DNA from: Bacteroidales bacterium
Lineage (GTDB): Bacteria; Bacteroidota; Bacteroidia; Bacteroidales; B18-G4
Direction of reading: 5' to 3'
Assembly (NCBI GenBank): GCA_036351275.1
Contig: JAZBOU010000178.1
Coordinates: 1 to 57,654 of the forward strand
Length of the DNA: 57,654 nt
The notes under the pieces were generated by a model. It searched no databases, was not told the DNA's origin, and was given only the letters and a program-made list of their open reading frames with translations. The position numbers and the translations under genes were made by a program. Position 1 is the stretch's first letter. Each line of letters starts with the position of its first letter. Positions 42,740 to 52,272 of the stretch are shown in pieces.

Positions 42740-43027
42740 TCCATCCTTTACATTTCACTTTTTAACAATTAATCTCCAGCAGTTTGCATTGCATGTATCA
42801 TTTTTCATGTGCCCATTCACATGAAATATGCAAAATGAAATGGTACATGCGAAATGAGCAAGGCTAAATGTTAAATGAAGGCATTCAGCTGCCACATTGA
42901 CAGCCCATCTTTTCTATAGACGCCATATTGTCAGGTTGTTATGTGATTTTTTGAGTTGGTATAGAATTTGACCAATGGAAGGAAAACAAACTTGAAAAAT
43001 TTAACTTAATTATAGGAGGACATAACA

Positions 43028-43444
43028 ATGACTTTAATGAAGTGGACAAACAACCCGGTTTTAAACGAGATGTTTAATGGTATGTACAAGAGGCCGGCTT
43101 ATCATACATGTGATCACAACAGGCCTGCAGCCAACATTATCGACAACGAAAAGGATTTCATAATCGAACTGGCGGTTCCCGGGATGAAGAAGGATCAGTT
43201 CAAAATCAACCTTGAAGATGATATCCTGACCATCTCCGTAGAAAGGAAAGAAGAGGACGCAAAAGAAGAAAAGAACTATACCCGGAGAGAATTCAGGTAT
43301 GACGCATTCTGCCGCTCTTTCAGCATGCCGGAGATCGTTGACCAGGACAACATCAAAGCTGATTACGCTAACGGAGTTTTAAGTGTAGTACTTCCCAAAA
43401 GTGAGGAAGTAAAAGTGAAAGGCAAGGAGATCAAGATCTCTTAA
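43028..43444 (+). CDS. Hsp20/alpha-crystallin small heat-shock protein
   Basis: 138 aa. Alpha-crystallin domain (FIIELAVPGMKKDQFKINLEDDILTISVER...FSMPE...A.Y.NGVLSVVLPK). An unusual AGGAGGA lies 7 nt before the ATG. Confidence 0.9.
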   Translation: MTLMKWTNNPVLNEMFNGMYKRPAYHTCDHNRPAANIIDNEKDFIIELAVPGMKKDQFKINLEDDILTISVERKEEDAKEEKNYTRREFRYDAFCRSFSMPEIVDQDNIKADYANGVLSVVLPKSEEVKVKGKEIKIS

Positions 43445-43480
43445 TCACCATAGCTTTGGCTATTTTTTCATAATCAGTCC

Positions 43481-43505
43481 AAAAGCCGCTCTTAGAGCGG
43501 CTTTT
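43481..43505. terminator. Bidirectional rho-independent terminator
   Basis: AAAAGCCGCT / AGCGGCTTTT 10-bp stem with a 5-nt loop, A-run before and T-run after. It sits between the convergent hsp20 and hydrolase operon and overlaps the stop at 43492. Confidence 0.75.
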
Positions 43506-44442
43506 GTTTTGTTACCAGATCATCCAGCCTTGCAGAACCGGTGAATTCCATGAGCGAGATACTGAAGCCCTCCGTGCCCGGGTTAACCATAAAAGCAGCC
43601 AGGTTGATGCGATGAAGAAAGAAAGAATCGCTAACCCTGAAATAGATTTGTCGCTCCCGGATATTGTAAACAATCTGCCATTGCGTATCGTATTGCTGTA
43701 CGTTGTCGAGCATGCAAAAACAACTATTCACACAAACATTTGCGTTATTGCTGATGTTTTGCAGTTGTTTTGCCGCGATAACAAAACGATCGCAGGAACC
43801 TTTGCTGACAGGCACAGGCATGCTTCCGCCAAAACCATTAAAACTGGCCAGGTACCTTAATGAGCTTGCGTATGGATTATTACTCAGTAAAGGGTATGGG
43901 AGTTCATCCCCGCGATAAACAATACATCCCCCGGAAGCAAATTCAATTACTGCGACATCGCCCTGTCCGTCTGCTATTATGTAATGGAGACAATGCTCCT
44001 CCGGTACGAGATTGATGTTTTGCTGGTTTCTGACCACTTCTTCAACGCTGGCACAATTATCAAGGTGATAGCTAATCCACTGGAACTCGTTTACTTGTAA
44101 TTTATCGCTTTTCTCCTGAAAGGAAAATGGTAAAGCGGATAACTCTTCTATCACCAGCCCTTCCTCATTCATGCCACCAACAGTATTGGAAGTTTGTTTA
44201 TAACAGAATGTAATGCTGCTGTACCGGGCTGTCCATGAAGTGCCTGTTACCGGGTCATGATATTGTTTACCTGAAGGACTGAACATTACCATACCTTCTC
44301 CATCCATCCAGTCAAAGTTCTTACACAGGAATATACCCCCGTTTTGATGGATAAAAAATGCTGTACAGGCTGAGGCACTGCTAAACAGGCATGTGATCAG
44401 AAGTATAAATACTGTTCTCTTTAATAAATCTCGCATGATCAT
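43492..44442 (-). CDS. Secreted Ntn hydrolase, choloylglycine hydrolase / penicillin V acylase (C59) family
   Basis: 316 aa. The signal peptide ends ...SASA, followed directly by CTAFFIHQNG...KNFDW (N-terminal nucleophile Cys). Confidence 0.8.
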   Translation of the reverse strand: MIMRDLLKRTVFILLITCLFSSASACTAFFIHQNGGIFLCKNFDWMDGEGMVMFSPSGKQYHDPVTGTSWTARYSSITFCYKQTSNTVGGMNEEGLVIEELSALPFSFQEKSDKLQVNEFQWISYHLDNCASVEEVVRNQQNINLVPEEHCLHYIIADGQGDVAVIEFASGGCIVYRGDELPYPLLSNNPYASSLRYLASFNGFGGSMPVPVSKGSCDRFVIAAKQLQNISNNANVCVNSCFCMLDNVQQYDTQWQIVYNIRERQIYFRVSDSFFLHRINLAAFMVNPGTEGFSISLMEFTGSARLDDLVTKQKPL

Positions 44443-46343
44443 TCGTTTGGTTTAACATCTATAAAGATCGATTCGGACTTCGTTCTAAGAGTTGAAATAC
44501 TGAATCGTTGCATCATCCTGCCGCTTTTAAACGTTTTTCCCATTGAGCCGCTACCGGGATATATCTCATTCCGAAAGTGATGGAATGTATCTGATCCTTC
44601 CATATCCAGAAAGATGCCCACGCCCTCCATATCGGAAATTCCCACGGAACGATTTCCAAAGCAATATTCATCATCCCCTTCAATTTCGATGAGAATGCCG
44701 GCTGAGTGATCCCTGCCCGAAGCGATCAGCTGCGTGATCTTCGAGGTGTCGCTTTCCGTATTATAAAGGTCATTCCCGTTGAGCTCGACCAGGCAGGCCA
44801 GTGAGTAGTGCACTGCGTATGCCTGAGAATGGCTTGAAGTGTTATATGAATCGTTCCCTTCTCTTTCAAAGAAGAATCCAGCTCCCAAAAAGTAGCCCGC
44901 TCCCTGGGCAAAACTGGCGGCATGATAATGATCGTTACCCCCTCCGTCTATTAAAAAGCCACATCCACCGCCCAGGCTATGGCCATCCGTAGCTTCTGCC
45001 CATCTTCCTTTTGATGCTCCCTGAACAAAAGAAATGATTTCATTCTCCGATGATCCAAATTCATCATCGCCATCTGCATCAACCAGAACAGCAACTCCAT
45101 TGGGGCCGGCATATCCCTGTGAATAACTTCCTGATGAATAGAAATCATTGCCATTCAAATCTTCCAGTATGGCTATTCCGCTTATTGCTGAACCAAGCGA
45201 GTGGGGACTATTGGCCAGGTATCGATCATCACCACCGCAGTCTTTTAAATAACTAAAGCCAAAGATTGATGATGAAAGGCCTGGCATCGTAACTTCATAG
45301 GAATCATTTCCGGCCATATCGACCAGGATCGCTGCACCCAGGCTTGCCTGGCAAACCGACATATCATTACCCGAAAGATAGGTGTCGTCACCCTCCTTGT
45401 CGATTAGGATTCCGCTTCTGCCCGGGATATTACCCGAACTGGCAATTCCACCGCTGTACACATCATCTCCCCCCAGGTCAATGATGAGAGCATATGGACC
45501 GCTTAACGTATCACTGCCTGCACCCAGCAATGCAATCTGGCCGTATTTACTCGTAAAGGAAAAGCTTTCTGCTATATCATTATCCTTGCATTCGCGGATC
45601 ATTTGTAAAGCTGTATTAATATATTCCATCAATGTTCGGCTTGCGTAGCTTAATTTTCGCAGATCCGCGTGTTCATATGCATTTATTGAAGAGCATTCTG
45701 ACAATTCCTTTTGCAGGATAGGCTTTAGCAGCCAGTCCATGGTTTCCCGATCATTCATTGACATTTCCTCCGGCCCGGATAATACGCTCTTACTGAATTC
45801 TTTAAAAAGGTGGTCGGTGCTTTCCATAGCCCTGATCAGGTAGATTACGAGATTCCGTACACTGAATGCTGTTCTTTCCCATGCTATATTTTCCTTTATG
45901 TTTTCGAGGATAACCTTTTCTTCAACCAATGCATCCACCCACCCCGAAAGTTCCTCCTCGGTAAAACAACGTTGTACAGCTGATCCTGTGCCGGCGAGCG
46001 GGGGTCCTATCCCGCCGGCCGGAGCTCCCATCAGGCGAAAAGCGTACTGAGCCTTCTCAACGTTCGTTGCATGCATGTCCAGCATTTTATCCGAAAAACT
46101 TTCAAGGAATACAGGTAACACCGTCGGATCTGCATAAAATTCCTTTAACATCGGATTAAACATTCTAACTCCTTGCTGCGCGATCGCTCCTTCAACATCG
46201 AGTGAACAGTTGCCAAATCCTTCCTGATGTACAAGATGCAGGTATTGCTTAATCTGTTCAGGGATACTTTCCTGGGCCAGGCTTAATTCCATGGTAACGA
46301 ACCCTATCATGACAATAAATATGGATTTGATGTATCCGGTCAT
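44439..46343 (-). CDS. Secreted protein: helical N-domain plus 11 GxDxY solenoid-type repeats
   Basis: 634 aa with a signal peptide. Residues about 285-590 contain 11 copies of [LIV]xDxxG[DNS]Dx[YF] at 26-27-residue spacing. Its stop overlaps the downstream start. Confidence 0.55.
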   Translation of the reverse strand: MTGYIKSIFIVMIGFVTMELSLAQESIPEQIKQYLHLVHQEGFGNCSLDVEGAIAQQGVRMFNPMLKEFYADPTVLPVFLESFSDKMLDMHATNVEKAQYAFRLMGAPAGGIGPPLAGTGSAVQRCFTEEELSGWVDALVEEKVILENIKENIAWERTAFSVRNLVIYLIRAMESTDHLFKEFSKSVLSGPEEMSMNDRETMDWLLKPILQKELSECSSINAYEHADLRKLSYASRTLMEYINTALQMIRECKDNDIAESFSFTSKYGQIALLGAGSDTLSGPYALIIDLGGDDVYSGGIASSGNIPGRSGILIDKEGDDTYLSGNDMSVCQASLGAAILVDMAGNDSYEVTMPGLSSSIFGFSYLKDCGGDDRYLANSPHSLGSAISGIAILEDLNGNDFYSSGSYSQGYAGPNGVAVLVDADGDDEFGSSENEIISFVQGASKGRWAEATDGHSLGGGCGFLIDGGGNDHYHAASFAQGAGYFLGAGFFFEREGNDSYNTSSHSQAYAVHYSLACLVELNGNDLYNTESDTSKITQLIASGRDHSAGILIEIEGDDEYCFGNRSVGISDMEGVGIFLDMEGSDTFHHFRNEIYPGSGSMGKTFKSGRMMQRFSISTLRTKSESIFIDVKPNE

Positions 46344-46348
46344 AGCTA

Positions 46349-48508
46349 TTATTCAAATGTGAGTTGAGTAAATTGGTCATGCGTTTTACCTGTGCAAATG
46401 TGCATGTCCGGTCTTTCCCCCAGGATCATGATACTGCTGCCATAGGTATTTTTATTGAGTATGGGGCTGATCTCCGGCTTATCTAACCTGAGCACACTCT
46501 TCAGGAAGTTTTGATCCATATTTTCAATTTGTTCCTGGATTATGTCATAAAGCAGGTAAAACCTTGGACAGAAGTAGGGGTCTTCAACTGTTTTTCCATA
46601 TTCTGACAACAGCTTTACATAGTATTCGTTGAAATCCTTGTTTGCGATCGAGAAGTTGGTATGCAAAACAATTCCTTCTTTTTTAAAAGTAATATATGGT
46701 TTGCACTCATTCGCAGAACATTCATAACATATGACGGATTTTCTGTCGCCCACTGTGTAGGCCTGTGGAGTTGCATGCTTAATTTGTTTCAGATATGCCT
46801 CTGCCCCCATAAGTGATTCCATAGCAAGCAGTTTTCTCATGACAAAAGCTACCGGCATTCCATCAGCGGCAGAATTCAACATGGAGATCCCATTGCAGGC
46901 AACAGCAAAGCCATGCCTGCTCATCCCATTCAGTCCGATAAGCCCGGGAACGGTGAACACCATAATTTCTGAGTTGGTATCGTAATTATGAATTTTAAGT
47001 AATGTTGGGTATCCCTGGAGAAACAACGGCGGATCCATATTTTGGGCTACTATAGGTGCATTCCCTTCTTTTGCAGGGATAGCCACTGCAGTGCATTTTG
47101 AGGGGAAAAGCCGTTTCCCCTGCACTTCAAATTCCTCGCTCATCTGGAATGCAAGCATGGTTTTAAAAGGGATCCCGGATCCATCCGCTATTCCTTGAAT
47201 TTCCATAACCAGTTCACGTGCATATTCATGAACGTAATGTATATATGATGTTTCGGCGAAAAACTTTCCTATTGCCACATCGGGGCAAATGCCGTACTCC
47301 TCTTTCAGAACATCTTTCCAGCGAAGGATCATCTCCTTGATTTCATCCTTCAGAATGCTTCCATGGCGGTATCCAATCTCATAAGCGTCTCCATCAAGGT
47401 CAATAACTTTTAAAGGTCTGTTGGAATTTATCATCATGCCGGGATACATTTTCCAGAGTGCATAATTTAACCTTGATGTGAATTCCATCGGATAATCATG
47501 CCCAAGCCCAGGGATAATATCCATTGAACATTTCAATCCGGCCGAATCCAGGGCCCGGGCCATTTCTTCACACTCGCTGAGTCTTTTTTCCGTATCAAGC
47601 TCACCAATCATGATCATGGCTGACTTTTCTTCGCTGACCGTCATTTCCTTCAGTGAAACATAAAATTCGGCAGGCAAAGATGGACTGAATGCTAGAACAG
47701 AACTTAATGGAAACAGCTCAGAAACATATGCATCCATTGCCATGGTGGCTCCGGCAGATATCCCGCAAATACTGATGGATGCAGTATCGATGCTATACTT
47801 TGCTTTTATGGAATTATAACAATCAACAAGTCCTTCCCGGGCCCTGGGATCATATTTCCGCCACCCGTATGAATGGGAATCATAATGCAAGTAGGACTGT
47901 ACATACACCGTTATAAAATATTTGCTTAAAAGAGGAGATACCCAGTGTTCCTTCGCACGATCTGTTGAACTACCTCCACCATGCAGGATCATAATCAGAG
48001 GCCAGGTCTTATCCCCACTGTAATTTTCAGGTAGACGGATTTCCCAGGTGAGCTCAGATCTTTTTATGGCTTCTTGCCGCAAAGCCATGTCTTTCTCAGC
48101 TATTGCCTGAAACGCATCATATTGAAGATAGGGTTTGCATGAAGGCAATTGCGGATGCAGAAAAAAGAAGTAACCCCGTTCATGGCCCTCCTTGAATATT
48201 GGAAGATTATCCTGAAATTGATTTGTTTTTTTATTGATGTATACCAGCTCCCTGGCCATATCAAACCAATGTCCCGGGAAATTATCCCATTGATCGATCA
48301 GGAAGGTCTTCGATTCTTCAAACCTGCCTTCATTTTCCATTTTATTCACCTCATCCATGAAAAGCCCGTAATGCTTTTCCCTGGCGTCATTGTCTGTTAC
48401 CTGAGCAGTTATCAGGCCTGGCTGGAGGATTAAAGCCAGGAATATTAGTATCCCTGAGAAGTCTGAAAATAAATTTGATCTGCCGGATCTGCTACCTTCT
48501 TTGAACAT
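46349..48508 (-). CDS. Secreted fusion: alpha/beta-hydrolase (esterase) domain plus C45-family (acyl-CoA:6-APA acyltransferase-like) Ntn hydrolase domain
   Basis: 719 aa from the ATG at 48508; the track start at 48553 is TTG. It has LIMILHGGGSS, a GISAG nucleophile elbow and GLGHDYP. The C-terminal half has SKCTAVAIPAKEGNAPIVAQNMD and GLNGMSRHGFAV, typical of C45. Confidence 0.72.
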   Translation of the reverse strand: MFKEGSRSGRSNLFSDFSGILIFLALILQPGLITAQVTDNDAREKHYGLFMDEVNKMENEGRFEESKTFLIDQWDNFPGHWFDMARELVYINKKTNQFQDNLPIFKEGHERGYFFFLHPQLPSCKPYLQYDAFQAIAEKDMALRQEAIKRSELTWEIRLPENYSGDKTWPLIMILHGGGSSTDRAKEHWVSPLLSKYFITVYVQSYLHYDSHSYGWRKYDPRAREGLVDCYNSIKAKYSIDTASISICGISAGATMAMDAYVSELFPLSSVLAFSPSLPAEFYVSLKEMTVSEEKSAMIMIGELDTEKRLSECEEMARALDSAGLKCSMDIIPGLGHDYPMEFTSRLNYALWKMYPGMMINSNRPLKVIDLDGDAYEIGYRHGSILKDEIKEMILRWKDVLKEEYGICPDVAIGKFFAETSYIHYVHEYARELVMEIQGIADGSGIPFKTMLAFQMSEEFEVQGKRLFPSKCTAVAIPAKEGNAPIVAQNMDPPLFLQGYPTLLKIHNYDTNSEIMVFTVPGLIGLNGMSRHGFAVACNGISMLNSAADGMPVAFVMRKLLAMESLMGAEAYLKQIKHATPQAYTVGDRKSVICYECSANECKPYITFKKEGIVLHTNFSIANKDFNEYYVKLLSEYGKTVEDPYFCPRFYLLYDIIQEQIENMDQNFLKSVLRLDKPEISPILNKNTYGSSIMILGERPDMHICTGKTHDQFTQLTFE

Positions 48509-48522
48509 AAATACCTTAAAGT

Positions 48523-50205
48523 TTAATTTACGGAGATTAGCATGATACCCCAAAGATCATCAGAGGGAGGAAATGCTTCCCAGTGTCCCTTATAATGATT
48601 GTATGGAGAAACTGTATTGTCATAATGAATGATATAATCACCTCCCGGTAAAATAATATCAAGGCTGGCCAGCCTGTTCCTGGGATGACCTCCTGCAAAC
48701 TCCGTGTGCAGCGGGTTCATATGCCAGATCTCATCCCCGGAACTATTTTCGATCCAGACCTGATCATACATTCCGAAATACGCACAATAGCCTCCATCGG
48801 CGATGGCTTTGATACGGACAATCTGCTGACGGGTGATCGTGATCGTATCAATTAAATGCGCCTTATCATTTACATTGAGGCATGAAAGAATTTGCCCTCC
48901 CGCGATCCCTGCTTCTGCCTTGCCTGGTTGAAATTCCCTGTATAAAGCCAGTAATTTTTCTTGTTGCATGCTATCTTTATGTACTCGTGCAATATTCCAC
49001 ATTGCTTTTGCCTCCATTTGCATGAAGATTTTTGCTTCACTGCCTGCATTATTGTACATACTCATTATCTGATCATTGCTGTGGGAATCCCAATCAATAT
49101 TCGGCAAACGCACCTCTCCCCTTTTCGTTCGTATTAGCATCCTGAAAACTTCAAGTGCAACAGGTGATTCCAGTATTGAAAGCTGCGGCAGTCCATGCGA
49201 AAATGGCTTGCTCAACATATTGCTATTTGACAGGATAACAAAACTGAGGCCAAATTCAGGAATATACATGATCAGGCCGGAGGTACAGTATCCATAGCCG
49301 GCATGCCAGATTGTTTTGATACCAAATACGTGTTCCACATGCCAGCCTAATCCATAGGATGCCGTGGCTCCCTGCTTCATTGCAAAGGGTTTCGTACTCA
49401 GCTTTACCAGCTTTTCCGGTATTATACAATTATTAAAATATGCCGACATGAAGGTTGCCAGATCCTTCACGTTGGATACCAGTCCTGCACTTGTGCTAAA
49501 ACTGTTTGTGTATGAGCCCTTTTTAAGTTCATTATCATCGCTCAGTGAATAAGGCTCCGCCAGATGTTCCTGTATATCTGGGAAATCATCAAGCATGGTA
49601 CATGGTGCGGTATGTTCCATTCCGAATGGAACACATAATTCTGACATAAAACAATCTTCAGGGCTTTTTCCGCTGACTTCCCCAAGCAATATACTCAAGA
49701 GCGCATACCTGTCGCCATCATAGCGGAAATATGTTCCCGGCGGGGCATCGGACGTATGTGAAAGCAAGTGCTTTACCTTGATCTCACCTACCGATTCATC
49801 AATTGGGATACCATATTGTTTCAAAACCGGCAACACATATGGCAATACAGGATCATCAAGCGACAATTTCCCTTCATTCACCAACATTAACAGCAGGGAT
49901 GCTGCTATTGGTTTGGTAATGGATGCGCACTGGTAACAGCTTTCCGCATCTGCCTTCTTCCCTTTCAAAAGATCAGCATAACCATAGGACGCAGTCCATG
50001 AAAAATTCCCTTCCTGCCCTAGGAATAAACTATAGCCGGGAAGATTAAGGTCTGCCGCCACTTTGTCAAGTCGCTTTTTCATGATTTCGGCATCAATGAC
50101 ACCTATATGTTGTGCCTTGCCAGAAATACTTGAAAACATGAGAAATGCAAGAAGTATCATTTTCATCCCGATCCAGCTCATTCGAAATTTGATCATGGCC
50201 ATCAT
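48523..50205 (-). CDS. Secreted serine hydrolase, beta-lactamase/transpeptidase-like (SxxK) with about 220-aa C-terminal extension
   Basis: 560 aa. CASITKPIAASLLL (S-x-x-K) with a class-C-like fold. Alternative ATG at 50166 (MKMILLAFLMFSSISGKAQ). Confidence 0.8.
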   Translation of the reverse strand: MMAMIKFRMSWIGMKMILLAFLMFSSISGKAQHIGVIDAEIMKKRLDKVAADLNLPGYSLFLGQEGNFSWTASYGYADLLKGKKADAESCYQCASITKPIAASLLLMLVNEGKLSLDDPVLPYVLPVLKQYGIPIDESVGEIKVKHLLSHTSDAPPGTYFRYDGDRYALLSILLGEVSGKSPEDCFMSELCVPFGMEHTAPCTMLDDFPDIQEHLAEPYSLSDDNELKKGSYTNSFSTSAGLVSNVKDLATFMSAYFNNCIIPEKLVKLSTKPFAMKQGATASYGLGWHVEHVFGIKTIWHAGYGYCTSGLIMYIPEFGLSFVILSNSNMLSKPFSHGLPQLSILESPVALEVFRMLIRTKRGEVRLPNIDWDSHSNDQIMSMYNNAGSEAKIFMQMEAKAMWNIARVHKDSMQQEKLLALYREFQPGKAEAGIAGGQILSCLNVNDKAHLIDTITITRQQIVRIKAIADGGYCAYFGMYDQVWIENSSGDEIWHMNPLHTEFAGGHPRNRLASLDIILPGGDYIIHYDNTVSPYNHYKGHWEAFPPSDDLWGIMLISVN

Positions 50206-50216
50206 TATTTTTTATC

Positions 50217-50224
50217 CAAATATA
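50217..50224 (-). promoter_or_regulatory. Bacteroidota -7 box (TATATTTG on minus strand)
   Basis: caaatata on the + strand, 12 nt upstream of the ATG at 50205. Confidence 0.45.
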
Positions 50225-50412
50225 TATGCCAGCCCTATCCGTTAAAAAAAAATTCTACGAATGGCATGATCTGGCGGCCGCCATTCATAAAAAACTTGTT
50301 CTGTGCACCTCGTCAGTTGTATATGGCCGTTGGGCCATAGGAGAGGGTCGGACGTATATAAGTGAGCTGAATTTTATCTTTTAATCCTATATTTACCTGG
50401 AATTGCAGTCAT

Positions 50413-51495
50413 ATGAAAAACCTTTTCCCAAAGAAATACAGGATTCTTTCACATGTTCTGTTCTGGATTTGTGTCTATTCCTTGTTTATGTTCCCCGCTG
50501 CTTTATTAGGAAACAACTTATTGCAAGCGGCCGGGCTTAACCTGGCCCTGTTGCCGCTTGATATGTTCGCAGCATACTTTGTTCTTTATTTCCTCATCCC
50601 CCGATACCTTTACACCCAGAAATACCGCATCTTCTTTCCCGCGTTGATCATATTTATCATTGTATATGGCGTATTGGTAGAAGAGCCAGCTGCGTATTTG
50701 ATCATAACTACCTTTCACGGTGCCGATAAATGGGGAAGCCCACTGGTGTTCATCCCAAACCGTTTGCTCTGGACCCTGGTGATCCTGCTGATGATAACGG
50801 GGGTCGCGTCAGCAATAAAAATCACAAAACACTGGCTGGTAAGCCTGCAGGAAAAGCAAAAGCTGGAGCGTGATATGATACAAACAGAGCTGAAGTTACG
50901 AGAAGCCGAATTAAAATACCTTAAATCCCAGATCCATCCACACTTTTTGTTCAATACCCTGAATAACCTGTATGGGCTGACACTCGAGAAATCCGACCTG
51001 GCACCGGAAGTTGTCGTGAAGTTGTCTGAAATGCTTGATTTTATGTTATATGAAGGCAACATGAAATTAATCCCACTTAAAAAGGAGGTTAAACTTCTTG
51101 AAAATTACATTGGCCTCGAGAAGATCAGGTATGATGAACAGCTGAAGGTGGAATTTAACAAACCTTCACGATATGGTAAACTGGAAATTGCCCCATTCAT
51201 TCTGCTGGCATTTGTGGAAAACGCATTTAAACATGGCACAAAAAACCAGGCTGATGAAAACCTGATATTCATCAAGCTAAAAATAAATGGCACCCAGTTA
51301 TACTATGAGGTGATCAATACAATCGAAAATGCAGACACGGAGGGCGAAAGAAGGATTAAAGAAGGAATAGGGCTGCAGAACCTCAGGAAGAGACTAGAGC
51401 TACAGTATCCTGATCATTTCAGACTTACGCTGAAGAAAAGCGGGACGCGCTTCCATGCAAATCTGGTCATCGATTTATCAATTCAAAACGAATAA
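50413..51495 (+). CDS. LytS/YehU-type sensor histidine kinase
   Basis: 360 aa. About 4 N-terminal TM helices, His_kinase motif QIHPHFLFNTLNNL, and an HATPase-like C-terminus. Confidence 0.85.
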   Translation: MKNLFPKKYRILSHVLFWICVYSLFMFPAALLGNNLLQAAGLNLALLPLDMFAAYFVLYFLIPRYLYTQKYRIFFPALIIFIIVYGVLVEEPAAYLIITTFHGADKWGSPLVFIPNRLLWTLVILLMITGVASAIKITKHWLVSLQEKQKLERDMIQTELKLREAELKYLKSQIHPHFLFNTLNNLYGLTLEKSDLAPEVVVKLSEMLDFMLYEGNMKLIPLKKEVKLLENYIGLEKIRYDEQLKVEFNKPSRYGKLEIAPFILLAFVENAFKHGTKNQADENLIFIKLKINGTQLYYEVINTIENADTEGERRIKEGIGLQNLRKRLELQYPDHFRLTLKKSGTRFHANLVIDLSIQNE

Positions 51496-51497
51496 GC

Positions 51498-52223
51498 ATG
51501 AAAACAAGGTGTATAATAGTAGATGACGAACCTATTGCCCGGGGGGTAATCCGGAAGCACCTGGAAAATATTCCCAATGTGGAAATTGCTGGGGAATGTA
51601 AAAATGCCATGGAAGCGATGGTATTGTTAAAACAAAACAAAATCGACCTGATGTTCCTCGATATACAGATGCCTAAACTAACAGGTATAGAATTCCTTGG
51701 GTCCCTGTCGCATCCTCCAAAAGTGATCATTGTTACGGCTTATCGTGATTTTGCTCCAGAAGGGTTTGAATACGATGTGATCGATTACCTGCTTAAGCCT
51801 GTACCTTTCGATCGCTTCCTGAAGGCCATGAACAAGTATTTCGATTCACGGGACAACAGCCCGGTCATACTGGACGAGAAAGGAAACGCCCTGTCGGGTG
51901 ATCTTTTTATGTATGCCAAAGAAAACAAGAAGGTACGCAAGATATACCTGAAGGACATTATTTTCATCGAAAGCCTGAAGGAATATGTAAGGATACACAC
52001 TGCCGGGAAACGCGTGGTGTCGAAACTCCAGATCAGTGCACTTGAAAAACAGCTTCCTGATTCCCATTTCCTCAGGATTCATAAATCATATATCATCAAC
52101 ACATCCTATATCACCGCCTTTACTTCCCATTCGATTGAACTGGGAGACCATGAGCTTACGATCAGCCGAACCTATAAAGACTCTGTTCTAAAAGCATTAA
52201 AGTACCATGATGGTGCGATCTGA
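51498..52223 (+). CDS. LytTR-family response regulator
   Basis: 241 aa. Receiver domain (CIIVDDEP..., DLMFLDIQMP) and C-terminal LytTR domain (FLRIHKSYIIN). Confidence 0.9.
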   Translation: MKTRCIIVDDEPIARGVIRKHLENIPNVEIAGECKNAMEAMVLLKQNKIDLMFLDIQMPKLTGIEFLGSLSHPPKVIIVTAYRDFAPEGFEYDVIDYLLKPVPFDRFLKAMNKYFDSRDNSPVILDEKGNALSGDLFMYAKENKKVRKIYLKDIIFIESLKEYVRIHTAGKRVVSKLQISALEKQLPDSHFLRIHKSYIINTSYITAFTSHSIELGDHELTISRTYKDSVLKALKYHDGAI

Positions 52224-52272
52224 TCATAGCTTTTGCTCAATATTTGGCCTCACAGGATCCAATATTCAGCTT

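Noticed and set aside
43014-43020. A strong AGGAGGA Shine-Dalgarno 7 nt before the hsp20 ATG, rare in this window, considered as part of a ROSE or fourU RNA thermometer.
   Set aside because: I found no convincing anti-SD segment nearby. The only U-rich candidate, tcttttct at about 42909-42916, is about 100 nt away and would pair mostly through G-U. This is not supportable without folding calculations.
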